Origin: an uncultured Myxococcales bacterium
GTDB lineage: Bacteria > Myxococcota > B64-G9
DNA: 64,000 nt
NCBI GenBank assembly: GCA_964513625.1
Contig: CAZENH010000002.1
Span: 14,403 to 78,402, forward strand
Reading direction: 5' to 3'
Positions 56,824 through 64,000 of the stretch are shown piece by piece. The notes under the pieces were generated by a model. That model saw only the letters and a program-made list of their open reading frames with translations, had not been told where the DNA came from and ran no database searches. The position numbers and the translations under genes are program-made. How positions within the stretch are numbered: position 1 is the stretch's first letter; every line of letters begins with the position of its first letter.

Positions 56824-57492
56824 TCATTCATTTTCTTGGGTGACCTCTCCCAGAGATTTCTGCAACTTGCAAATCTTTTCCAGCTCAACACTCAACCTGT
56901 TTGCGATTCCACGATGACTGACGGCCAAGACGGCCAAGGGCTTTCCGTGATGAAAAGAAGAAAGGCTCAGCTTGTCGAGGGCCGAATAGGGCACAAGGTT
57001 TTTCTGTCCGGCCAGTGAGCCAAGCTCGCGTTTCAAAGATGGCGATCCGTCAGTTGCAAGTAGAACCAGCGAGCCGCGCCCTGCTTTCAACGCCTCGATC
57101 ACTGCCGTTCGTCCGGTGACCAGAAAACCTGAACGTGTTGCGACGCTTAGTTGGGCGAGCGCCTGCTTCCGGCCTGACTCGAGGAATATGGCCGCCATTG
57201 CGCGGGGATCGCCGAAAGACGTTTGTCTGTGAAATGCTCGCGAAGCGGCCTGGTTACGCTTGGCCGCCTCAAAACAGGCGACATCGGGACACAGGTGCAT
57301 ACCGCGTCCGGGCAGTTTGCCAAACAGGTCCGGACGGCAACTTCCTTCTGGATCGCGGACGATGCGCAGCGAGGCCCTTCGTAAAATACGCGCCCGGCAA
57401 CCCTGGCAGGTTCTGTAAGAACCGGCCCTGCGGCCGGCCCGCTTACTGGAGTTGGTGCCCAAGTCGAATGACCTCTCACAATCCTCGTCCAT
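56824..57492 (-). CDS. YlxR (DUF448) RNA-binding protein fused in-frame to an L7Ae/YlxQ-like domain
   Basis: RTCQGCR…PGRGMHLCP (DUF448) followed by …TGRTAVIEALKAGRGSLVLLATDGS… (L7Ae-like). Single ORF. Confidence 0.65.
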   Translation of the reverse strand: MDEDCERSFDLGTNSSKRAGRRAGSYRTCQGCRARILRRASLRIVRDPEGSCRPDLFGKLPGRGMHLCPDVACFEAAKRNQAASRAFHRQTSFGDPRAMAAIFLESGRKQALAQLSVATRSGFLVTGRTAVIEALKAGRGSLVLLATDGSPSLKRELGSLAGQKNLVPYSALDKLSLSSFHHGKPLAVLAVSHRGIANRLSVELEKICKLQKSLGEVTQENE

Positions 57493-57579
57493 GGGCGAGG
57501 CGTAATGCACTCTGTGTCGGTTTCCTGATAAGCAACTGCATACCTTTCTGCCGGTTATTTCCGCTATTGAGCAATCCTA

Positions 57580-59205
57580 TTAGTCCTGATCCTGCTCCTC
57601 TTCCGAAGTCGCAGGAGCATCTTCAGCTAGCTCTCCCATATCGTCCGTAGTCTCCGGTTGTTCCTCTACGTCGGGTAAGTCGGGCAAGATAGCGGCGCGG
57701 GCCAGTTCTTCGAGGTAAACGGCTATTGCCTGCTTTACCTGGCGGGCTTTCTTGATACCAATCCCGCTTACCTCACCCAATTTGACCACATTTTCTTCCT
57801 CGTGTACCTGCATGATCGTGTAATAACCGCCATCAGCCAACTGCTCAATGGTCTTGTCACCGATTCCACGGATCTCAAGGAAACGTTCTTGTTCACCATC
57901 GAATCCCAATTCGGACGCTTCCGCAGCCTGGCGGCGCTCATGGGCCGCAGCCCTTAGCTCCTGCTCCTCCTCGGCCACGACACGGGCGGCCGAGCGCTGC
58001 ATCTTTTCGGCCACCCTGGCGCCGATCCCGGGTACGTCGGTGAGCTGTTCTATGGTGGACATCATCACATCCCTGGCCGATCGAAAGCCGTACTTGTAGA
58101 GCGTGTCGATCATGATATCGCCGACACCGTCTATCTTTCCGAGCGAGTTGATGGCGTTCTTCCACATTTCGGCTACGCGGGATTCACTGTTGATGTCCAG
58201 CTTCCAACCGGCAAGTTGGGAAGCCAGACGCACGTTCTGTCCCTTGCGGCCGATGCCCAGCGAGAGTTGGTCGTCGGGAACGATAATCTCCATTCCGTGA
58301 GAGTCCTCATTGATGATCACCCGCGATACCTCGACCGGTGCCAGCGAGTTGCAGACAAAAGTGGCCGGATCGGGACTGTATGGAACGATGTCGATTTTCT
58401 CACCCCGCAGTTCCTGCACAACCGCTTGTACTCTTGAGCCCTTCATGCCTACACAGGCTCCAACCGGATCGACGTCGCTGTCCCTGGAGGACACTGCGAT
58501 TTTCGAACGTGCACCGGGCTCGCGAGCCGCGGCTTCGATGGTCACGATGCCCTCGTCTATCTCGGGCACCTCCATTTCGAAGAGCTTAATAAGTAACCCG
58601 GGAGTGGTCCGTGAGAGGATGATCTGCGGGCCTCCCTTGGCTTCTTCGAGAACGTCCAGCACGTAGGCCTGGATGCGATCGCCGGCCCGGTAGGATTCCC
58701 GGGGAACCTGTTCACGCATGGGAAGCACCGCTTCGGCCCGTCCGAGATCGACAATGATATTACCGCGTTCGAAGCGGCGAACGATACCGGTGGCAAGCTC
58801 GTTGCGCCGATCTTTGTATTCTTCGTACACCAAAGCGTGGTCTGCTTCGCGGACCTTCTGTATCAAGACCTGCTTGGCAGTCTGGGCGGCGATGCGCCCG
58901 AGTTCCGACGTGTCGAGCTTGATTCCCAGCGAGTCTCCAACCTGGGCCTCGGGATCGAGTTGTGCAGCCTCTTCGGCGGAGATCTCGTTTTCAGGATCGC
59001 TTATCTTTTTGACGACGGTTCTGAACTCGAAGATTTCTACCTCGCCGGTTTCCTCGTTGAAATGGACCTCGATTTCCCGGTCGGGCCCGAAGCGTTTCTT
59101 GGCAGCGGTGAGCATGGCGGTTTCAAGTGCATCGATCAGAATCTCGCGATCGATTCCCTTTTCTTTGCCGACCATTTCAAGTGTGTGATTCAGATTGGAC
59201 TGCAT
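57580..59205 (-). CDS. nusA: Transcription termination/antitermination factor NusA
   Basis: N-terminal MQSNLNHTLEMVGKEKGIDREILIDALE…. S1, KH and acidic repeat regions. Confidence 0.9.
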   Translation of the reverse strand: MQSNLNHTLEMVGKEKGIDREILIDALETAMLTAAKKRFGPDREIEVHFNEETGEVEIFEFRTVVKKISDPENEISAEEAAQLDPEAQVGDSLGIKLDTSELGRIAAQTAKQVLIQKVREADHALVYEEYKDRRNELATGIVRRFERGNIIVDLGRAEAVLPMREQVPRESYRAGDRIQAYVLDVLEEAKGGPQIILSRTTPGLLIKLFEMEVPEIDEGIVTIEAAAREPGARSKIAVSSRDSDVDPVGACVGMKGSRVQAVVQELRGEKIDIVPYSPDPATFVCNSLAPVEVSRVIINEDSHGMEIIVPDDQLSLGIGRKGQNVRLASQLAGWKLDINSESRVAEMWKNAINSLGKIDGVGDIMIDTLYKYGFRSARDVMMSTIEQLTDVPGIGARVAEKMQRSAARVVAEEEQELRAAAHERRQAAEASELGFDGEQERFLEIRGIGDKTIEQLADGGYYTIMQVHEEENVVKLGEVSGIGIKKARQVKQAIAVYLEELARAAILPDLPDVEEQPETTDDMGELAEDAPATSEEEQDQD

Positions 59206-59231
59206 TGTGTTCTCCTGATCATCCGATTGCC

Positions 59232-59861
59232 TCAAACCGAGGCCGGTTCATCGAAAAAAGGCACCAGGTTGGCCCTTTCTAACATGGGATATTCCAGTTC
59301 GTAGTTCGTGCCGTCCACCTCGATGGTAACGATGCTTGAGTCGAACCCCACGAGTCGGCCTGTGAAATTGCACCGGCCACCTACGGGAATTTTGGTTTTC
59401 AATTTTACGAATCGGCCCGCAAACCTCGAAAAGTCTTCCGCTCCATTGAGCGGGCGATCCAAGCCGGGTGACGAAACCTCCAGATTGTAGGAGCCGTCGA
59501 TCAGTTCCTCGACGTCGAGCAGGTCGGAAAGCTCGCGTGAAATGTTTGTGCAATCCTCAACCGTAACCGCGCCGCCTATACGTTCGACCATCACTCGAAG
59601 TACCCAGCCATGTGTCTCGCGCAGGTAACGAACCTGTACCAGGGCCATACCTCGCTCTGCGACCAAGGGAGTACATATTTGCGTAACTGCTTGTTCTATC
59701 TCTTTATTTCTCAACCTGCCAGCTCCAGCGAAAAAAAAGAGCGGGCCGTCAAGCCCACTCTCAGATGTAACAATCCCATGAAGACTTTGGGTTTCTAGCA
59801 CGGCAGTTTTTGTATTGCAAGAAAAAAAGTGGCCGGTTTCATGAGACGGAACACAGCTCAC
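59232..59861 (-). CDS. rimP: Ribosome maturation factor RimP
   Basis: …LVAERGMALVQVRYLRE…NLEVSSPGLDRPL. The exact start is uncertain; the true protein is probably ~160 aa. Confidence 0.7.
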   Translation of the reverse strand: MSCVPSHETGHFFSCNTKTAVLETQSLHGIVTSESGLDGPLFFFAGAGRLRNKEIEQAVTQICTPLVAERGMALVQVRYLRETHGWVLRVMVERIGGAVTVEDCTNISRELSDLLDVEELIDGSYNLEVSSPGLDRPLNGAEDFSRFAGRFVKLKTKIPVGGRCNFTGRLVGFDSSIVTIEVDGTNYELEYPMLERANLVPFFDEPASV

Positions 59862-59912
59862 AGGGAGTTGTCAAAGATAACGAACTTCACATTCTTTCAT
59901 GGAGGTTCCGTC

Positions 59913-61292
59913 ATGCAATCGCCGGCCGCAGTTGAGCGAGTTTTTTCAAAAGAGCTGTGCAAGTCTGACATCCCGTCGGTAGTGGAGAAGATTCTGGAGG
60001 TCAAGGTCATGTGGGGGCCGGTGGTGCTGGCCACCCGCCAGTTGCGGCCTGGAGAATCATTCACAATTGGAGACCGCCCGGATGCAGATCTTCGAATTGC
60101 CAGCGCCAGCCTGGGAGAAGAACTTTTTCCGTTGGTCTGTCCGGGAGGCATCCGGGGACACGTGATCAGCGTGGTGCAGGGCATGCAACTGGATCTGATC
60201 AGGAACGATTGTACCGAAAATCTACCATGCCCGTACGAGCAGGGCGCACTGCATAGCCATGTTTTGTCGATTGGCGAGTGCTGGAAAGTCGGGATGGGTC
60301 AGCTGACTTTTCTGATTGCCTACACCCGTCCAGCAATGGGAATCCGCTCGGGATTTTTCAAGGGTATAGACCTCGGACTGGCACGCTGGTTCACAGCTTT
60401 CCTGCTGATCGCGGTCGGCCTGTGGGCGTTGATTCAAATCACGCCAACAGCCACAAGGGAAATCTCGGAATACATAAAGAATCCCCAGCGATTCGCCGTG
60501 AGTTCTGCTTTTCTGCCGAATTCTTCGAAGAAAACCTTCGAGCGGATCGAGAAAAAGATCATCGTAGATGCGAAGTTACAGGATCCAGCAAAGTGGAACA
60601 GGGCGAAATCAAAGGTGCCCGGCGCAGCCAGGGAACTGCCTCGCGAGACGACAGACGAGCACAATCGCAGGCTGGTGGCCGCAAGCGACCTGTTCAAGTT
60701 CTTGAAAGAGAAAGGCGGGCTGGGCGGCAATGGCGGCAACGCCAACGGCGGATCTCAAATACAGAACATCGATGAGCAACTGGAAGGATTACCCGGGCCG
60801 GGTTCCCCCGACTCGGGTGGAATCGGAAGCCTAAGATCCGGCTCCGGACCTCCGGGCATAGGGGGCGACGGCCTGGCGCCGGCTGGCACCGAGGGCTACG
60901 GAGACAATGAACAAATAACGGCCGTCAACGTGCTGGTCAGAGGCAAGCGCAAGATAACGGTCGTGCGCCCCAAAAAACCGCCTACAACGGTCATAGGTGG
61001 TTTGACACAACAGGTGGTCGGCGAATACCTGGGACGGCATTGGTCGAAGTTCAAGTATTGCTACGAGAAAGGCCTGCTTCGCGATGCGAACATCTACGGC
61101 AAGGTAGCCGTGACGTTCACCATAGGAGCAGATGGACGCGTAGAGCAGGCCGAGATCCTGCAAGCCAGCCTGGAAGACAACAACGTCCAGCAATGCGTGT
61201 TGCGCACGGTACGCCACATTCGCTTTCCAAAGCCCCGGGGCGGGGGAGAGGTAATCGTGACCTACCCGTTCCTGTTCACAACATCCGGCTGA
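59913..61292 (+). CDS. FHA-like N-terminal / single-TM / AgmX-PglI-type (TonB-C-like) C-terminal domain protein
   Basis: GGAGG RBS 7 nt before ATG 59913. C-terminal pattern …WSKFKYCYEKGLLRDANIYGKVAVTFTIGADGRV…CVLRTVRHIRFPKPRGGGEVIVTYPFLF. Confidence 0.6.
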   Translation: MQSPAAVERVFSKELCKSDIPSVVEKILEVKVMWGPVVLATRQLRPGESFTIGDRPDADLRIASASLGEELFPLVCPGGIRGHVISVVQGMQLDLIRNDCTENLPCPYEQGALHSHVLSIGECWKVGMGQLTFLIAYTRPAMGIRSGFFKGIDLGLARWFTAFLLIAVGLWALIQITPTATREISEYIKNPQRFAVSSAFLPNSSKKTFERIEKKIIVDAKLQDPAKWNRAKSKVPGAARELPRETTDEHNRRLVAASDLFKFLKEKGGLGGNGGNANGGSQIQNIDEQLEGLPGPGSPDSGGIGSLRSGSGPPGIGGDGLAPAGTEGYGDNEQITAVNVLVRGKRKITVVRPKKPPTTVIGGLTQQVVGEYLGRHWSKFKYCYEKGLLRDANIYGKVAVTFTIGADGRVEQAEILQASLEDNNVQQCVLRTVRHIRFPKPRGGGEVIVTYPFLFTTSG

Positions 61293-61302
61293 AACGAAAA
61301 AA

Positions 61303-61331
61303 AAAAGCGGCTCTGGCGCTTTTTGAAAACC
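61303..61331. terminator. Putative bidirectional intrinsic terminator (A-tract / GC hairpin / T-tract)
   Basis: aaaaaaaaaagcggctctggcgcttttt, immediately after the stop at 61292. Confidence 0.35.
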
Positions 61332-61333
61332 AG

Positions 61334-61512
61334 GGAGACTAGGACTCGAACCGAAACCAATAAAAGGGGCTTTTGCCCCTTTTTGTAAACCAAAAAGACT
61401 AGGATTCGAACCGAAACCAATAAAAGGGGCTTTTGCCCCTTTTTGTAAACCAAAAAGACTAGGATTCGAACCGAAACCAATAAAAGGGGCTTTTGCCCCT
61501 TTTAAATAAAAC
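61334..61512. repeat. Three tandem ~60-bp direct repeats, each = intrinsic-terminator hairpin (AAAAGGGGCTTTTGCCCCTTTTT) + a 17-21-nt copy of the 3' end of the adjacent tRNA-Gln
   Basis: Units begin near 61334, 61394 and 61454. gactaggattcgaacc recurs at 61338, 61398 and 61458 (first copy as gggagactaggactcgaacc), and once more inside the tRNA at 61518. Confidence 0.85.
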
Positions 61513-61582
61513 TGGGAGACTAGGATTCGAACCTAGATAGACAGATCCAGAGTCTGCCGTCCTGCCATTAGACGATCTCCCA
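61512..61582 (-). tRNA. tRNA-Gln (anticodon CUG)
   Basis: Folded by hand. 7-bp acceptor stem (UGGGAGA/UCUCCCA, U1·A72 as in E. coli tRNA-Gln). 3-bp D-stem with A14/G18G19. Anticodon stem GCAGA/UCUGU with loop CUCUGGA. T-arm CUAGG-UUCGAAU-CCUAG. Discriminator G. CCA not encoded. Confidence 0.7.
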
Positions 61583-61596
61583 TCAATTCATCAATT

Positions 61597-62040
61597 CTAT
61601 TTGCCCTTTTTGCGCGGTTTTTTCTTCCCGGCATTCTTCTTGGCCTGCTTCGCTATTTTTTCAAGTTCGGCATCCGAAAGAACCGTAAAAATCGTGCAGG
61701 TGCCTTTGTACTCGTAGATGTTCAGGCCTTCCCATCGGGCGCCTTTCTTCTTGTTGCGCAGAAAGACGGCCCTCACCCCGGAGGTATTGATGATCTTCTC
61801 TTGCACTACGTACGGGCTAGCCAAGACCGTCTTGTGGTAGTACTCGAGAGTATGATCGTAGTCGCGGGGCGATCGAAAGCGGTTCTCGCCGATTTTCTTG
61901 GCCCAGGGGATCAAGGGTGCGCCATGGTAAGGAACCGGGGGCGCTTCCTTGGCTGCAGCCGGAGACGCGGAAAACACGAACACGACGCAAGCCGCAACCA
62001 CGTACCGAAAGAGCCGTATTGTCACAGATCCGATGTTCAT
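61597..62040 (-). CDS. Hypothetical secreted protein with Lys-rich C-terminus
   Basis: Signal peptide MNIGSVTIRLFRYVVAACVVFVFSASPAAA. No domain recognised. Confidence 0.45.
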   Translation of the reverse strand: MNIGSVTIRLFRYVVAACVVFVFSASPAAAKEAPPVPYHGAPLIPWAKKIGENRFRSPRDYDHTLEYYHKTVLASPYVVQEKIINTSGVRAVFLRNKKKGARWEGLNIYEYKGTCTIFTVLSDAELEKIAKQAKKNAGKKKPRKKGK

Positions 62041-62178
62041 TGGAGAGCGAGTATTATGGACACGAAGCAGGATTGTCAAGCACAAACAGTCGTAAAGCCC
62101 GTTCGGTTCAAGTCATTACGTCGTCGGTTTCAGGGTCGTGCTCTCCGAAGAGGCAGGAAAGGGATGGAGGTATGCAGC

Positions 62179-63876
62179 TTACAAGGGAGCCGGCCACTGA
62201 GTGCCAAGACCGGGCCCCAGCACTAAAGCGTTCAGAAACAGTCGCTGAGAGGCCCAACTCACGGCCCTGAAAACGGGATCGTCGGCGAACAAGATCACCT
62301 GGCCACGGCCCACCTGTTCCCTGGACAGGTAGGCGGTGCGGGCGATGCGGCCGGCCGCCTCGGGCCACAACAGGCCTGAAAGATGCAACGTCCCAAGCTC
62401 GGCAAAGCGAGCCGGCACCTGTGCAGGATGATCGGCCACCAAGGTATCTCTCGCGTGAAAGTTAACGGCCAGTTTGTCCGGGCAGCCAAAGGCCAACCAT
62501 AACTCGTTATCGAGATCAACCCGCAGCATGGCACCGCTTGGATGGAAACGGCGGAGACGCTCGTCGGCGGCGGTAATGAAATCTGCCAGCTCTTTCTTTT
62601 TCAGCTTTGGCGCCACGGTCTCTATCCATTTGTCCAGACGCACTAGTTTCGATGGAATCTCGTACCATCCGGTACCAGTGGGCAGAAACGCTCTGGCCGC
62701 CGGACCCACCAGCGGCTCTACGTCATAAGGCGAACCCGCTTCGGGTACTTCGATTTTCTTGTTCTTGCCAGATTCCTTTTTGTCCTTGTCTTCGGCTGTG
62801 GCCCTCACGCCCACGCCCCGGAAACGACCGGCCGACTCGGCCTGATCCGCAGAAAGCCCCAGCACAATCGGAGGAAAGCGATCCAGCGCTTCGGCCCGGG
62901 GGCGGGTCCGGCACAATTTCCAATCTTTTCCGGCTACGAAGGCGGCCGCTGAACCAATGGCCACAAGGCTGCCTCCCTGGCGCACCCAGGCGGCCAGCTT
63001 CTCGCGCCCTTTCTTTCCGATAGCTGCCGCACAGGCAGAGGGGCCGCCGTAACAAGGAGGCAACACTATCACATTGTAACGCTCCAGATCCTGGCGCGAC
63101 AGCCAGGCCAGTTCAAGGCCGGAGAATCTTTCACCCATGCGCCTGTCCAGCAGGTGCCAGATCTCGCCATAGGCAGGCGGGGCGATGGGGAAGCCCGCCA
63201 GTACGGCGATGCGCGGCGGTATCAGCGGCTCGAATTCATCGCTGCCCAGATCGGGGCCTGCCTGCGACAGGTCGCCGGAAAGCCCGTGGAGTTCGACCGC
63301 GAATTCTTCTGCCAGAGTTTTCAAGCGATCGTCCAGCTGCTTCGGGTTCTCTTCACGGCGAAGCAGAAACGATCCTGGTTTGTATGATCGGCCGTCGATC
63401 TTGAACGGCTCGTTGGCAACGCGCAGGCTGAAATTCTGTTCGAGCAACCGGGCAGCCAAAAAAATCGCGCCGTCGCTGCTTCCCGAAAACAAATATCCTT
63501 GCGTTGCAGGACTCGTGAGTGCCGCAGTCGTCTCGGCTGCCGGTTTCTCGACAGAGGCCCACTTGCCGCCAGGCAGCCGGTCCGTCCAGTAGATTTCCAC
63601 TCCGAAGGCAAGCGGCAGTGACCAGGCGGTTGTCTCGTACAGTCGGCTCTGGTGACGCCGCTCAAGCCAGCGGCGCTCCTCGCTCAGGAATTTTTTCGAC
63701 ATGGGTTGATGGAAGTCGAGCAGGTTGTGGACCAGCGGACCCAGGGGCTGGTCGGCCCGCACCAGGTAACTTCCGGCCGGAATCAGCCTTGTGCTAGCCT
63801 TTTCAGACCAGGCATCGTGCAGTCTCTCGGCGCGCACGGGCGCCGGATTCGACTGGATCTCGATACCGTGTCGCAA
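62179..63876 (-). CDS. Hypothetical 565-aa protein (possible GATase1-like / ThuA-like fold segment)
   Basis: Long ORF with coding-like GC3. Segment …YNVIVLPPCYGGPSACAAAIGKKGREKLAAWVRQGGSLVAIG…. May extend past the listed start. Confidence 0.45.
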   Translation of the reverse strand: MRHGIEIQSNPAPVRAERLHDAWSEKASTRLIPAGSYLVRADQPLGPLVHNLLDFHQPMSKKFLSEERRWLERRHQSRLYETTAWSLPLAFGVEIYWTDRLPGGKWASVEKPAAETTAALTSPATQGYLFSGSSDGAIFLAARLLEQNFSLRVANEPFKIDGRSYKPGSFLLRREENPKQLDDRLKTLAEEFAVELHGLSGDLSQAGPDLGSDEFEPLIPPRIAVLAGFPIAPPAYGEIWHLLDRRMGERFSGLELAWLSRQDLERYNVIVLPPCYGGPSACAAAIGKKGREKLAAWVRQGGSLVAIGSAAAFVAGKDWKLCRTRPRAEALDRFPPIVLGLSADQAESAGRFRGVGVRATAEDKDKKESGKNKKIEVPEAGSPYDVEPLVGPAARAFLPTGTGWYEIPSKLVRLDKWIETVAPKLKKKELADFITAADERLRRFHPSGAMLRVDLDNELWLAFGCPDKLAVNFHARDTLVADHPAQVPARFAELGTLHLSGLLWPEAAGRIARTAYLSREQVGRGQVILFADDPVFRAVSWASQRLFLNALVLGPGLGTQWPAPL

Positions 63877-64000
63877 CAGTGTAGCTAAAAACAGTCGTGT
63901 GCGATTGGAGTCGCGGCCGGGGGGGATCAGCCAGGCGCGGCGAGCCGAGTGGCGCCCACGTTCAACGGCCTCCCGGCGTCCGTCGGCGAAGTCTTCCAGG

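Noticed and set aside
61262-61480. 72-aa minus ORF (MVSVRILVFLVYKKGQKPLLLVSVRILVFLVYKKGQKPLL…)
   Set aside because: It is a translation of the three tandem 60-bp repeats, so the peptide just repeats itself. The region is a terminator and tRNA-fragment array.
61334-61512. Possible CRISPR array
   Set aside because: The repeats are contiguous with no unique spacers. Each includes a terminator hairpin and a tRNA fragment. There are no cas genes.

Overview
High-GC (~60%) chromosomal window, almost fully coding, probably from a Myxococcota-like deltaproteobacterium. The taxon call rests on MYXO-CTERM-type tails, MopE-type Cys repeats, three tandem bactofilins, Ser/Thr kinase–FHA signalling and Ycf48/BNR-like propellers. 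Main blocks: (1) ~1.9-16.2 kb, a long plus-strand operon built around a 1534-aa bacterial alpha-2-macroglobulin with a GCTEQ thioester-like motif. Its partners are a DUF1175-like and a DUF2135-like protein, a membrane Ser/Thr kinase with a PEGA-like ectodomain, a transpeptidase-only penicillin-binding protein, a SpoIID/LytB-domain protein, an HExxH peptidase, a lysophospholipase-like hydrolase and a CDP-alcohol phosphatidyltransferase. Several gene junctions overlap by 4 bp (ATGA). (2) Three tandem bactofilins, the third with a long Pro/Lys-rich tail as in BacP, then pyrE. (3) A lipoprotein, a HEAT-like protein, two tandem WYL-domain (PafBC-like) regulators and a long acyl-CoA dehydrogenase. 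(4) A PilZ protein followed by a cluster of large secreted Cys-rich proteins: a Ycf48/BNR-like propeller protein, a MopE-repeat lipoprotein and a VWA–MopE protein, two ending in MYXO-CTERM-like tails, interrupted by a 602-aa possible GlpX-like protein. (5) FHA protein, DUF4177–def–epmA behind a near-consensus sigma-70 promoter, a minus-strand redoxin/TlpA/outer-membrane-protein/lipoprotein operon, a GT39 glycosyltransferase, a Clp_N protein, a response regulator–GGDEF and a Ser/Thr kinase–FGE fusion. (6) The conserved minus-strand rimP–nusA–ylxR–infB–DUF503–rbfA–truB–rpsO–pnp–dut block, here with apparent YlxR–L7Ae and RbfA–NrnA(DHH) fusions. (7) An FHA/AgmX-C-terminal-domain protein, then tRNA-Gln(CTG) followed by three ~60-bp tandem repeats that each hold a terminator hairpin plus the 3' end of the tRNA. 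No transposase, integrase or CRISPR array was seen. Family assignments come from recognised motifs and gene context only; no searches were run.
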